This document shows, in pieces, positions 46,650 through 57,159 of a stretch of 64,000 nt of DNA. The notes below the pieces were generated by a model. That model had not been told where the DNA came from and did not search any database. It was given only the letters and a program-made list of their open reading frames with translations. The DNA lies in contig JAINCQ010000034.1 of the NCBI GenBank assembly GCA_036574205.1, positions 7,352-71,351 of the forward strand. The letters are read 5' to 3'. Position 1 is the first letter of the stretch. Every line of letters starts with the position of its first letter. The DNA is from Elusimicrobiota bacterium (GTDB taxonomy: Bacteria; Elusimicrobiota; Elusimicrobia; Elusimicrobiales; UBA9959). Position numbers and translations under genes: made by a program.

Positions 46650-48599
46650 ATGAATTACTGGATATTTATAAATGATGAAGTAAAAGGGCCTTTAAGTATT
46701 GAAGAAATAGTTAATTCAAAGTATATAAATCCCGGTCTTCTTGTGTGTCCTGAAGAAATGGATGGGGTTAAACCTTCAAACTGGTATTTTGTAAAAGAGC
46801 TTCCTGAATTTGAAAAATATATTGGTAAATCAGTAGCGGTTGAATATGGTTTTGATGTTAATGAAATAATAAATTCTATTGAAGTTGGTGGGAAAGTTGA
46901 AAAAAATCGTGATATTTTTTCATCTGAAGATTATGAAGAAATTCTATTAGAAAACAATGTTTTGAGGGGGAAAATTGGTATAAAAGACAAGGAAATAGAA
47001 GAATACAAAAAGAAAACACTTTCTCTTGAATCAAAAATAGAAGTAATACAAAAAAAATTAGATAAAACACTTGATCTTATAGATAAATATGAAGAAAAAC
47101 TTAAGATTAAAGATAAAGAAATAGAACAGCTTTCCAGGGAAATTGAAGAGATAAAAAACAAGAAGCAATTTGAAAGTAAGATTAAAGAAATTGACGAGCA
47201 AAAGGTTTCTACCTCTACAGTTGAAAGTATTTCAGATATAAACTCTGAAACTGAAGAGAAAGTTATTATAAATGAATTGCCATTGATTGATAATGTCCTT
47301 CAAACATCGGAAACTAAAACTGAAGTGGAGGCTCATGAGGATAAAAAAACAGAGTCTGAAATTAGCGATAAAAATTTGGATTTGCCTCCTCAAAAAAGTA
47401 TTGGAGAAATTGCAAAAGAAGATGAAAAAAAAGAATTAATTCAACCATCTGAAGAAAAGACAATTAATCTGGAAGAAGCAAATGCTGGTGATTTTTTTGA
47501 TCCATTTTCAAGAGATTTTACAAAGTTGAAAAATGTGGATCTTACCCCTGGCCCTGAAGAAGAGCAAGCGAAAACCATAGTTAATGAACAGAATTTAAAT
47601 GTTGCTTCTCTTTCATCATCTCCAATTAAAAAAGACGAGAATATTTTTCAGGTGGCGGATATAAAACTTGAGGTTGCTGGTGTTAATCTTGATGTTGTTG
47701 AGTCTAAAAACATAGAGCCTATAGAAGATTCTAAAATAGATCTTACCTCTAATGTAAGAGAAGAATACTTAGAAAAAAAAGAAGATAATAAACCGCTTGA
47801 GGAAATAAAGGATGAGAAAATTAAGGAATCTGAATCTTCTCTAAACATAAATGTGGTTGAAAGCGCAGGTGAAACAAAAAAAGAGGAAACTCCGGTTAAT
47901 CTTAATGTTGACCCTTTGTCAAATGAAAAATTTATTAAAGAAACTGAGAAAAATGATAAAGTTTTGGTAAAAAATAAGGGAAATGTTGAAGTTAATCCTA
48001 AACCTAAGAAGAATAAAACCTTTTCAACGCTATTTAAAATTTTTGGTGGATTGTTTTTTATAGCTTTTTTTGCGATATCTATTATATATATTTTAAAATC
48101 AGATTCTGGAAATATTGATTCAGAAAAAATATCAGTCAAGCCGAAGTTTCCTAAAAACGATATAGTTCAGGAAAAAATAGTTACAGATACTGAAAATACA
48201 ACATCTTCTTCTCTTAATATCGCAAAGATAAACGAAAACGTAAAAAGGTCAATAGATATAGTTAAAAATTATGATTTAGGTGATGGTAAAGGAAATATAA
48301 GCAGATGGTTTTCAAATGTGTTCTCAGCAAGTAGTCAGGTTAAAGAAGAATGGAATGCTACTTACTTAAGTGGCAATCTTTTTGTTGTTCAGTACAGAGT
48401 TTTAAGATATAAGAACGAACCTATAGTATATTTATTTGAGGTTGATGTGGATAAAAACAAAATAGTAAGGGGAATAAACAATAACGCCATAGATCTACTT
48501 TCAGGAAAAAGAACTTCTTCTAAAAATAATGTTAATAAATCTATAGCGAAAAATAAAAAAATATTGGAAAATCTGGAAAAAGATGAAGAGATGTTTTGA
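46650..48599 (+). CDS. Hypothetical protein: N-terminal GYF_2-like domain, coiled coil, acidic low-complexity region, one TM, C-terminal globular domain
   Basis: 649 aa. MNYWIFINDEVKGPLSIEEIVN... resembles GYF_2/DUF4339-type N-termini. KDKEIE repeats form a coiled coil. The TM segment is FSTLFKIFGGLFFIAFFAISIIYIL. Ends 27 nt before pilB. Confidence 0.5.
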   Translation: MNYWIFINDEVKGPLSIEEIVNSKYINPGLLVCPEEMDGVKPSNWYFVKELPEFEKYIGKSVAVEYGFDVNEIINSIEVGGKVEKNRDIFSSEDYEEILLENNVLRGKIGIKDKEIEEYKKKTLSLESKIEVIQKKLDKTLDLIDKYEEKLKIKDKEIEQLSREIEEIKNKKQFESKIKEIDEQKVSTSTVESISDINSETEEKVIINELPLIDNVLQTSETKTEVEAHEDKKTESEISDKNLDLPPQKSIGEIAKEDEKKELIQPSEEKTINLEEANAGDFFDPFSRDFTKLKNVDLTPGPEEEQAKTIVNEQNLNVASLSSSPIKKDENIFQVADIKLEVAGVNLDVVESKNIEPIEDSKIDLTSNVREEYLEKKEDNKPLEEIKDEKIKESESSLNINVVESAGETKKEETPVNLNVDPLSNEKFIKETEKNDKVLVKNKGNVEVNPKPKKNKTFSTLFKIFGGLFFIAFFAISIIYILKSDSGNIDSEKISVKPKFPKNDIVQEKIVTDTENTTSSSLNIAKINENVKRSIDIVKNYDLGDGKGNISRWFSNVFSASSQVKEEWNATYLSGNLFVVQYRVLRYKNEPIVYLFEVDVDKNKIVRGINNNAIDLLSGKRTSSKNNVNKSIAKNKKILENLEKDEEMF

Positions 48600-48626
48600 T
48601 ATTTTGTATAGTATAATTATATTAAG

Positions 48627-50390
48627 ATGGCTAATTTTAAAATAAATATATCCCGTAAATTAGGAGAAATCCTTGTTTCAAGTTCCCTTATAACTCAAGA
48701 TCAATTAAATGAAGCGCTTGATTTTCAAAGTAAAAATGGAATGAAACTTGGACAAATATTGATAGAAAAAGGATATATAACTGAAAGACAACTCCTTGAA
48801 TTTTTAAGCAGACAATTTTCAATAAGATTTGTTGAGTTATCAAAAGTAGAGCTGGATCCAAAAATAGTAACAATTATTCCTGAAAATATAGCAAGAAGAT
48901 ATACCTTGATAGCAGTTGATAAGAAAAACAATCTTTTAAGTGTTGCTATGGTTGATCCTTTGAATATAGTCGTTCTTGACGAGTTGAAACTTATGACAGG
49001 TTATAATGTTGAGCCTGTTTTCGCTCTTGAAGAGGATATATCTTTGGCTATTGATAAATACTATGGAGTAAAATCATCAAAGGAGGCCTTGGACGAAATA
49101 CTTAAAAAAACTCAAAGTTCTGAGGGAGATGGGGATCTGTCAGTTGTTGAAAGTAAAGAGAACGAAAAAGACGATATAATATCGCTTGAAAACAAAGGGG
49201 AATCTGCCCCAATAATCAAAATGGTAAATATAATTATATCCTCTGCTATAAAAGCTCATGCATCGGATATACATATAGAGCCGGGATATAGAGAGACTAA
49301 GATAAGGTTTAGAATAGATGGAGTGCTTCATCCTCAACCTTCAATCCCCAAAAAATTTCACAACGCAATTATTTCAAGACTTAAAATAATGTCTGAACTT
49401 GATATATCTGAGAAAAGAATTCCGCAGGATGGAAGGATAAAGATAAAGGTTTTAGAAAAAGAAATAGATTTAAGAATTTCAGTTTTACCATGTGTATATG
49501 GCGAAAAGGTGGTCATGAGAATACTTGACTCCTCAGGGCTTAAGTTAAAGATTGAAGATTTAGGCTTTGAACCTGAAAATTTTGCAATATTTTCAAAATG
49601 TATTAAAGCTCCTCATGGGATAAACTTAATAACAGGACCAACTGGATCTGGAAAGTCCACTACTTTATATTCTGCTCTTGCCACATTAAACACTCCGGAC
49701 GTTAATATATCTACGATAGAAGACCCTGTTGAGTATAACCTTGAAGGGATAAATCAGGTAAGTGTAAATCCAGATGTCGGGCTTACATTTGCAAGTGGTT
49801 TAAGGTCTTTTTTAAGACAGGATCCAGATATTATAATGGTTGGTGAGATAAGGGATTTTGAAACAATGTCCATTGCTATTAACGCAGCAATGACTGGACA
49901 TCTTGTATTTTCAACTCTTCATACAAATGATGCTCCTGGCGCAATTACAAGAATAGGGATGATGGGAATTGAACCTTTTTTAACTTCGTCCACTCTTTTA
50001 ATGGTTGTTGCTCAAAGATTGGTAAGAACTATTTGTAAAAACTGTAAAGAGCCTTATGAGATAAAGCCTGAATTAGTAGCGGGACTTGGCGCGTCCAAAA
50101 ACCTTATAGAGCAAAACATGCAAAATGGAAAACTTTTCCTTTACAAAGGTAAAGGTTGTGAAAAATGTTCCAATACAGGTTATAAGGGAAGGGTTGGGAT
50201 TCATGAAATACTTGAAATAACCGATCCAATAAGAGAGTTGATAATAGAAAAAGCAAGCTCCAATAAGATAAAAGAGGTTGCCAAAAAAATGGGGATGATA
50301 ACATTAAGAGAGTCAGCATTAAGAAAAATGATGAATGGGCTTACTACTGTTGAAGAGGTTATGAGGGTTACAGGGACGGACGTGGATTAG
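48627..50390 (+). CDS. pilB: Type IV pilus assembly ATPase PilB (GspE family)
   Basis: 587 aa. N-terminal T2SSE_N/MshEN-like domain (LGEILVSSSLITQDQLNEAL...), Walker A GPTGSGKST, Asp/His boxes, and the tetracysteine CKNC...CEKC. Confidence 0.9.
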   Translation: MANFKINISRKLGEILVSSSLITQDQLNEALDFQSKNGMKLGQILIEKGYITERQLLEFLSRQFSIRFVELSKVELDPKIVTIIPENIARRYTLIAVDKKNNLLSVAMVDPLNIVVLDELKLMTGYNVEPVFALEEDISLAIDKYYGVKSSKEALDEILKKTQSSEGDGDLSVVESKENEKDDIISLENKGESAPIIKMVNIIISSAIKAHASDIHIEPGYRETKIRFRIDGVLHPQPSIPKKFHNAIISRLKIMSELDISEKRIPQDGRIKIKVLEKEIDLRISVLPCVYGEKVVMRILDSSGLKLKIEDLGFEPENFAIFSKCIKAPHGINLITGPTGSGKSTTLYSALATLNTPDVNISTIEDPVEYNLEGINQVSVNPDVGLTFASGLRSFLRQDPDIIMVGEIRDFETMSIAINAAMTGHLVFSTLHTNDAPGAITRIGMMGIEPFLTSSTLLMVVAQRLVRTICKNCKEPYEIKPELVAGLGASKNLIEQNMQNGKLFLYKGKGCEKCSNTGYKGRVGIHEILEITDPIRELIIEKASSNKIKEVAKKMGMITLRESALRKMMNGLTTVEEVMRVTGTDVD

Positions 50391-50502
50391 AAAATAAATG
50401 TTTTGAATCTGATCAAATCATATAACTCTTGAAAAAATAAAGTTAAATTGATATTATTTTATTAATAGGCATTTAAATTTATTTTATTAAAACGAGGATA
50501 CT

Positions 50503-51579
50503 ATGGTTACAATGAGCGATCTTTTCATATTGATGCACGAAAAAAAAGCAAGTGATTTACATCTTACAGCTGGCGCATCCCCAATGTTAAGGGTTGATGG
50601 AGATCTTATCCCAACTCCATATGAGAAGTTAACCCCGGAGGTGTGTCAGACTCTTATATTTTCCCTTATGACTGATGCACAGAGGCAAAAATTTGAAGCA
50701 ACAAACGAACTTGATTTCGCTTTTGGAATAAAAGGACTTGGAAGATTAAGGATGAATGTTTATAGACAGCGTGGGGTTGTTGGAGCGGCTATAAGGGCGA
50801 TACCCAACAAATTTATGACATTTGATGAGCTTGGCCTTCCTCAGGTCACTTATGATATAATGAAACTTCAAAAAGGACTTGTTCTTGTTACAGGTCCTAC
50901 TGGTTCAGGTAAATCTACAACACTTGCTTCCATGATAGATTATCTAAATGAAAATGCGAATTACCATATAATGACTATTGAGGACCCTATAGAATACGTT
51001 CACACCCATAAAAAAAGCATAGTTAATCAAAGAGAATTGGGTGCAGATACGGAATCTTTCGCTCAGGCTTTAAGGCACGTTTTAAGACAGGATCCAAATG
51101 TTATACTGATTGGCGAGATGAGAGACTTAGAGACAATAAGCGCTGCTTTGAATATTGCTGAAACAGGACACCTTGTTTTTGCTACTTTACATACCTCTGA
51201 TGCTGCTCAAACTATAAACAGGATAATAGACGTTTTTCCTCCGCATCAACAGGAGCAAATAAGAGTTCAGCTTTCTTTTGTCCTTCAAGCTGTTTATGCA
51301 CAGCAGCTTGTAAATGCGGCTTCAGGCAAAGGAAGGGTTTTGGCTTGCGAGGTTTTGATAGCTAATTCTGCAGTGAGAAACCTTATCAGGGAAAGAAAAA
51401 TAGAGCAGATAAATACAATAATTCAGACTGGCGGTAAGTTTGGTATGGTGACTATGAATCAATCCCTTGTTGAACTATATAAGAAACAGAAGATAACTTA
51501 TCAGGAGGCGATAAATAGATCCCCTGATCCTGAAGATTTGAAAAAATTGTTGCAGAAATCGGTTTTGGGGAGTAACTAA
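50503..51579 (+). CDS. pilT: Type IV pilus retraction ATPase PilT
   Basis: 358 aa. ASDLHL, Walker A GPTGSGKSTT, GEMRD, HLVFATLHT, and the PilT-specific AVRNLIRERK. Confidence 0.93.
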   Translation: MVTMSDLFILMHEKKASDLHLTAGASPMLRVDGDLIPTPYEKLTPEVCQTLIFSLMTDAQRQKFEATNELDFAFGIKGLGRLRMNVYRQRGVVGAAIRAIPNKFMTFDELGLPQVTYDIMKLQKGLVLVTGPTGSGKSTTLASMIDYLNENANYHIMTIEDPIEYVHTHKKSIVNQRELGADTESFAQALRHVLRQDPNVILIGEMRDLETISAALNIAETGHLVFATLHTSDAAQTINRIIDVFPPHQQEQIRVQLSFVLQAVYAQQLVNAASGKGRVLACEVLIANSAVRNLIRERKIEQINTIIQTGGKFGMVTMNQSLVELYKKQKITYQEAINRSPDPEDLKKLLQKSVLGSN

Positions 51580-51587
51580 ATTATAAA

Positions 51588-52787
51588 ATGATTTTTTTAT
51601 ACAAAGCTAAAGATCCAAATGGAAAAATTCTTGAGGGTGAAATAGATGCTAATAATCAATCTGAGGCAATATCCAGATTAAGAGCTCAAAAACTTTCAAT
51701 AGTAAGTATAAATCAATCAAAACAGAAAAAACTAAAAGGTGGAAGTGTAAAATCGAAGGATATAGTTATATTTTCAAGACAACTTTCTACCCTTGTTTCA
51801 AGCGGTGTCCCAATAATTCAAAGTTTAACTATACTTGAATCTCAAGCAGAAAATAAAAATTTTGCAAAGGTGATAGGTAGTATTAAAAAGGACATAGAAA
51901 GCGGACTTTCAATATCCGATGCTATGGCGAAACATTCAAAAATTTTTTCAGAGCTTTATGTTTCGATGATAAAAGCCGGGGAAGTGGGGGGAATACTTGA
52001 TACAATATTAGACAGACTTTCTTCTTATTTAGAATCTGCCGCGGCGCTTAGAGATAAGGTTAAAAGCGCGCTTATGTATCCTATGATAGTTGGTGGGATA
52101 GCGGTAGCTATTACAATATTTCTTGTAATATTTGTAATCCCGATATTTAAAAATATATTTCAGAGTTTTGGAGCTGAGCTGCCTTTTATGACAAGAATTG
52201 TTATAGGCGTTTCAGATTTTTTTAAGTCAAACATAGTATATATCCTTTTTATGTGTGGGGGAGTATTTTTTGGTCTTAAAAAATATGCAAAGAGCGAAAA
52301 AGGCCGCAGGAATATTGATGCCATTCTATTAAAACTTCCTATTTTTGGAGTTATATTTAAAAAAGTTGCCATAGCAAAATTCGCAAGAACACTCGGAACT
52401 CTTATAAAATCTGGTGTGCCTATATTGCAGGGGCTTGAAACTGTTGCCAAAACAAGCGGAAATAAAATTATAGAAGAAATAGTGACTAACAGTATGAAAT
52501 CGATTAGAGAGGGTGGAAAAATATCTGATCCACTTAAGAAATCTGATGTTTTCCCATCCATGGTAGTTCAGATGATAGCAGTTGGAGAAGAAACTGGAAG
52601 CCTTGATAATATGTTGTTTAAAATAGCCGATTTTTATGATCAGGAGGTTGATGCCTCAGTAAAAGGACTTACTTCCATGATAGAGCCGCTTGTTATGGTC
52701 TTTATGGGAGTGGTTATAGGTTTTATAGTTATAGCAATGTTTATCCCGATGTTTCAGATGGGAGATCTTGCTTCAAAACAAGGTTAA
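51588..52787 (+). CDS. pilC: Type IV pilus platform protein PilC (GspF family)
   Basis: 399 aa. Duplicated T2SS-F domain architecture with three TM clusters. FSRQLSTLVSSGVPI and FARTLGTLIKSGVPI are the paired repeats. Confidence 0.9.
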   Translation: MIFLYKAKDPNGKILEGEIDANNQSEAISRLRAQKLSIVSINQSKQKKLKGGSVKSKDIVIFSRQLSTLVSSGVPIIQSLTILESQAENKNFAKVIGSIKKDIESGLSISDAMAKHSKIFSELYVSMIKAGEVGGILDTILDRLSSYLESAAALRDKVKSALMYPMIVGGIAVAITIFLVIFVIPIFKNIFQSFGAELPFMTRIVIGVSDFFKSNIVYILFMCGGVFFGLKKYAKSEKGRRNIDAILLKLPIFGVIFKKVAIAKFARTLGTLIKSGVPILQGLETVAKTSGNKIIEEIVTNSMKSIREGGKISDPLKKSDVFPSMVVQMIAVGEETGSLDNMLFKIADFYDQEVDASVKGLTSMIEPLVMVFMGVVIGFIVIAMFIPMFQMGDLASKQG

Positions 52788-52862
52788 TCATTTTAGGTTG
52801 CTGTAATTGTTGAATAAAAGCAATATAATTGCGAAGGTTTAACGAAACTTATTGAGGTGTTT

Positions 52863-53660
52863 ATGAATAATTTTGAAATCATACATAGATTAAACGAAGA
52901 TATAACAAATAAAAAAACAGTTGCCGTAGTTACCATAATTTCAGTTTCTGGATCAACTCCAAGAGATGAAGGCTCAAAGATGCTTGTTTATGCTGATGGA
53001 TCTATATGTGGAACTATAGGCGGAGGAGTGCTGGAAAAACTTGCTATAGATGAAGCTTTAAAATGTATAAAAGACAGGAAAAATAAGAAAGTTAGTTTTA
53101 ATCTTACTCCAAAAGGCATAGACGCTTTATGTATGGGTAAAGTTGAAATTATGATTGAGGTTTATTCCTGGCCTTTTAAAGTTGTAATATTAGGAGGTGG
53201 GCATGTAGCAAAAAGCCTTGCCAAATTGCTTGATTTTGTTTCAATCCCTTATATCGTTGTAGATGAAAGAAAGGATTTTGCAAACAGAGATAATTTTCCA
53301 GGAGCTTTAAAAATAATTAATGAATTACCTCATAAGTCTATTAAAAAAGATATTATAATTGATTCAAATACTTATATTGTTATAGTTACTCGCGGTCATT
53401 TGCTTGATAAAGAGTGTCTTATTGAAGCTATTAAAACAGATGCGCGTTATATTGGTATGATAGGTAGCAGAAGCAAGGTAAAGGAAATTTTTAAAGAATT
53501 GAATAAGAAAAAAATATATCCACAAAAAGACAAAAGAGTTTTTTCTCCTATAGGGATTAATCTCGGAGGAAAGACTCCAAATGAGATTTCTATCTCTATA
53601 ATTGCAGAAATACTTTCCGTTATGTATAATACAGAAATTAAGCATATGAGAAGTTTTTAA
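52863..53660 (+). CDS. XdhC/CoxI-family accessory protein
   Basis: The track ORF 52857 starts at GTG. The ATG at 52863 follows a GAGG. The N-terminal XdhC_CoxI block is VTIISVSGSTPRDEGSKMLVYADGSICGTIGGG, and the Rossmann part is VVILGGGHVAKSLA. Confidence 0.75.
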   Translation: MNNFEIIHRLNEDITNKKTVAVVTIISVSGSTPRDEGSKMLVYADGSICGTIGGGVLEKLAIDEALKCIKDRKNKKVSFNLTPKGIDALCMGKVEIMIEVYSWPFKVVILGGGHVAKSLAKLLDFVSIPYIVVDERKDFANRDNFPGALKIINELPHKSIKKDIIIDSNTYIVIVTRGHLLDKECLIEAIKTDARYIGMIGSRSKVKEIFKELNKKKIYPQKDKRVFSPIGINLGGKTPNEISISIIAEILSVMYNTEIKHMRSF

Positions 53661-53700
53661 TATAGCTTTTTTTTTGTAAAATATAGTTAGGAGGTTTTTT

Positions 53701-54018
53701 ATGGCATTAAATGTTACAGACGATAATTTTGAAAAGGAAGTTATAAATTTTAATGGTGTTGTTATGGTGGATTTCTGGGCTCCATGGTGTGGCCCTTGCA
53801 GAATGCTTGCTCCTATAGTTGATGAAATATCCAAAGAGTATGAGGGGAAAGCTAAGGTTGTAAAGCTAAATACCGATGAAAATCCTCAAACTGCCGCTGA
53901 ATACCAGATTTCCGCTATACCTACCCTTTTATTTTTCAAAAATGGCAAGTTGTCAAAAGAGCTTGTCGGAGTTTTGCCAAAAGAAGAAATAAAGAAAACG
54001 CTTGATGAATTAATTTAA
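53701..54018 (+). CDS. trxA: Thioredoxin
   Basis: 105 aa. FWAPWCGPCRM active site and a typical thioredoxin fold length. Confidence 0.93.
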   Translation: MALNVTDDNFEKEVINFNGVVMVDFWAPWCGPCRMLAPIVDEISKEYEGKAKVVKLNTDENPQTAAEYQISAIPTLLFFKNGKLSKELVGVLPKEEIKKTLDELI

Positions 54019-54072
54019 ATTTTTTAGAAAATTCAAGGGGATATACTCGTTCTTTTTTCTGTTTTTTCAAAT

Positions 54073-56529
54073 ATGCGTTGTTTATTTATAATAGATAGCT
54101 ATGCTTTTCTTTTTAAAAACTATTACGCATTGCCAAAATTTATGACATCAAAAGGCGAGGAGGTTGGAGCAGTTTATGGTTTTATAAGGCTTGTCTTGAA
54201 AATAAGAGAATGTGGTGAATATATAGTTGCATGTTATGATAGTGGAAAGAGTTTTAGAAGGGAAATTAGCGATATTTACAAAGCAAATAGAAAAAAAACT
54301 GATGAAGCTCTTTTAAAACAAATAAAAACTTCTAAAGAAATTTTAAAGATGCTGGGTATTGTAACTATTGAAAAAGAAGGATATGAAGCTGATGACCTAA
54401 TAGCCACGCTTGCCAAAAAAGCTGCCGCAAATAATTTTGAGGTGGTAATAGTTGGGGCGGATAAAGACCTCTTTCAGATTGTAGATAATAATATAAAAAT
54501 ATCGGATAGTAAACTTAAAGAATATTATGGCCCTGAGTATGTAAAGAGCAAATTTCAAGTGGATCCAGAGAATCTTTTAAGTTATTTTGCGCTGGTTGGG
54601 GATAGCTCAGATAATATAAAAGGAGTTGAGGGGATAGGACCTAAAACTGCTGTAAAGCTTATAAATAAATATGGCAATATAGAATCAATAATAGAAAAAT
54701 CTCTAACCTCTAATGAAAAAGAGTTAGTTAAAATAAGAAATTCTATTGAAAACATTAAGACTGCTATACAACTTATAAAGCTTGATTCCAATGTACCTAT
54801 AGAATTTAATATTGGAGATTTTAAAGTAGGTGATTTTAAAAAAGAAGCCTTACTTGAGTTAGCAATGAGATTTGAATTTAAAGATATATTAAAGCTTGCA
54901 GGCGGATTTAAAAAAGATGAACGAGCTTTTGAGTTTATTGATAATGAAAATTTTATAGCTATGAAAAAGGATTATGTAAGCATATCAGATTATCATGCTT
55001 CATATAAAGAATTTTATACGAATCTAAACAGTGAATTATTGCGTAAATTGTTTGAGGAAAAATCTATTAAATATTTTTATAACGTTAAAAAATTTTTTCA
55101 TTTGGCACTATCAGATTGTGTTTATAATTTTCATGATATATACATAGCCTATCATCTTGTCTTTGGAGGATTTAGAAAACCTGATATAGACAGGATAATA
55201 CAGGAAAAGTTTTTTGTAGATGCAGAGATTAAATCTGTTTACTTTAAAGAAATAATGGATGATTTAATGCTTAAAATAGAAGAAAACTCAATGAATTCTC
55301 TTTATGCTAATGAGCTTGCTTTAAGTAAGGTTTTATATAGAATGGAAAAAAACGGTATAAAGGTAAGTTTAGATGCTTTGAACAGTTTGTCAGTTGAATT
55401 TGAGGAAAAGATAAATGAAATATCAAGTAAATTTATTGAAACAACTGGCATTAAAATAAATCTTAATTCACCAAAACAGATATCAGAGTTTTTATTTAAA
55501 AAAATGAATCTTAAATTGGATGATAAATATTCCAGAATTTATAGTACTAAAAGTGGTGAGTATTCTACAAGCGAGGATGTGCTTAATATTTTAAAGCCAT
55601 ATGCGCCAGAGATTATAGATTTGATATTAATGCACAGAGAGTATTCTAAACTTAAATCATTTGTTGAAACAATAAAAGAAAACACAAAAAATGGAAGGGT
55701 TCATACCAATTTTGATCAAACAACAACACATACTGGACGGCTTTCAAGCTCATCTCCAAACCTTCAAAATATTCCATCTAAAACTAATAACGCACAGAAA
55801 ATCCGTAATTGTTTTTTACCTGATGATGGATATTTTTTTGTGTCTTTTGATTATTCACAGATAGATTTAAGGGTTCTTGCTCATTTAAGTGAAGATGAGT
55901 CTCTTATTCAGTCTTTTAAAAATGATGATGATATCCATGTAAAAACTGCTGCTTCAATTTTTAATATTCCTGAAGATAATGTTGATTATGATTTAAGGAG
56001 AATAGCTAAAACTATTAACTTTGGTATAATATATGGACAAACCCCTATGGGGCTTTCAATTGAGTCTGGTATTTCTTATGAAGAAGCCACAAAATATATT
56101 GAAAGTTATTTTAAAAGATACTCAGGGGTAAAAAAATGGATTTCAGATACTGTTGAGTTTGCAAGAAAAAATGGGTATGTAATTAACTTTATGAATAGAA
56201 AGAGATTTTTGCCTGATATATTATCTCCAAATAGAGCGATAAGGAGTCAAAGCGAAAGAATGGCTATAAATATGCCGGTTCAAAGTGGATCAAGCGATAT
56301 AATAAAGAAAGCAATGGTTGAAATTTATAGAGATATGAAAGATTGTAATGATATAAATCTTCTTATTCAAATACACGATGAGCTGCTTTTTGAGATAAAA
56401 AAAGATACCATTGAAAAATATATACCCAGAATAAAAAGTATAATGGAAAATTCTTTTAAATTAAACGTTCCAATTAAAGTGGATGTAAAAGTTGGAGAAA
56501 ACTGGGCATCATTGGTAAAATGGAAATAA
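54073..56529 (+). CDS. polA: DNA polymerase I
   Basis: 818 aa. N-terminal 5'-nuclease domain (YGFIRL..., GADKDLFQ, VGDSSDNIKGVEGIGPKTA). Family-A polymerase motifs DYSQIDLRVLAH, RRIAKTINFGIIYG and QIHDELLFE. Confidence 0.93.
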   Translation: MRCLFIIDSYAFLFKNYYALPKFMTSKGEEVGAVYGFIRLVLKIRECGEYIVACYDSGKSFRREISDIYKANRKKTDEALLKQIKTSKEILKMLGIVTIEKEGYEADDLIATLAKKAAANNFEVVIVGADKDLFQIVDNNIKISDSKLKEYYGPEYVKSKFQVDPENLLSYFALVGDSSDNIKGVEGIGPKTAVKLINKYGNIESIIEKSLTSNEKELVKIRNSIENIKTAIQLIKLDSNVPIEFNIGDFKVGDFKKEALLELAMRFEFKDILKLAGGFKKDERAFEFIDNENFIAMKKDYVSISDYHASYKEFYTNLNSELLRKLFEEKSIKYFYNVKKFFHLALSDCVYNFHDIYIAYHLVFGGFRKPDIDRIIQEKFFVDAEIKSVYFKEIMDDLMLKIEENSMNSLYANELALSKVLYRMEKNGIKVSLDALNSLSVEFEEKINEISSKFIETTGIKINLNSPKQISEFLFKKMNLKLDDKYSRIYSTKSGEYSTSEDVLNILKPYAPEIIDLILMHREYSKLKSFVETIKENTKNGRVHTNFDQTTTHTGRLSSSSPNLQNIPSKTNNAQKIRNCFLPDDGYFFVSFDYSQIDLRVLAHLSEDESLIQSFKNDDDIHVKTAASIFNIPEDNVDYDLRRIAKTINFGIIYGQTPMGLSIESGISYEEATKYIESYFKRYSGVKKWISDTVEFARKNGYVINFMNRKRFLPDILSPNRAIRSQSERMAINMPVQSGSSDIIKKAMVEIYRDMKDCNDINLLIQIHDELLFEIKKDTIEKYIPRIKSIMENSFKLNVPIKVDVKVGENWASLVKWK

Positions 56530-57158
56530 AAAATCAATTAAAGAAATTAAAAGAAATATCCTCTAAAAATTTACTGATAGGTCTTACTGGTGGCATTGGT
56601 TGTGGAAAATCTACCGTTCTAAGATTTTTTAAAGAGATGGGGGCTTATACTGTCTCAAGCGATGAAAAAGTTAAAGAGATATTGACAAATAAAAAAAACT
56701 GTGATAAAATTTTAATCAGATACCCACAAGTATCTAATCCTGACGGATTTATAAACCGAAAAAAACTGGCTAAGCTTATCTTTAAAAATAAAAAAGCAAG
56801 GCAGGTTATTGAATGCGTTATTCATCCACTGGTGGTTGACGGGATAATATCAGAGTTGTGTCGTCTAGAGGGAAAGATTATAGTTATGGAGGTGCCTTTG
56901 CTATTTGAAACCTGGTTAAAAGACGCGGTAGAGATAAGCATAAGCGTTTATAGTGATTTAGATAAGAAAATTTTAAGACTCAGGAAGCGAGGAATGGATT
57001 TAAGAGATATAAAATTAAGGATGAAAAGCCAGATTGAAGATAAGATTAAAGTTAATGTGGCTGATGTCGTTATCTCAAATAATGGTTCTATTAAGGAATT
57101 AAAAAATAAAACAAAAGAGATATATGAATCTTTTTATAAATTATTAAATAGGAGATGA
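56520..57158 (+). CDS. coaE: Dephospho-CoA kinase
   Basis: 212 aa. P-loop [13 protein letters not shown]. Overlaps the polA end by 10 nt. Confidence 0.88.
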   Translation: MEIKNQLKKLKEISSKNLLIGLTGGIGCGKSTVLRFFKEMGAYTVSSDEKVKEILTNKKNCDKILIRYPQVSNPDGFINRKKLAKLIFKNKKARQVIECVIHPLVVDGIISELCRLEGKIIVMEVPLLFETWLKDAVEISISVYSDLDKKILRLRKRGMDLRDIKLRMKSQIEDKIKVNVADVVISNNGSIKELKNKTKEIYESFYKLLNRR

Positions 57159-57159
57159 T

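Noticed and set aside
54073-56529. Apparent absence of 3'-5' proofreading motifs in PolA
   Set aside because: The middle region is short and I could not find Exo I-III acidic motifs by eye. This is common (Taq-like Pol I enzymes) and cannot be settled without an alignment, so it is not reported as a finding.
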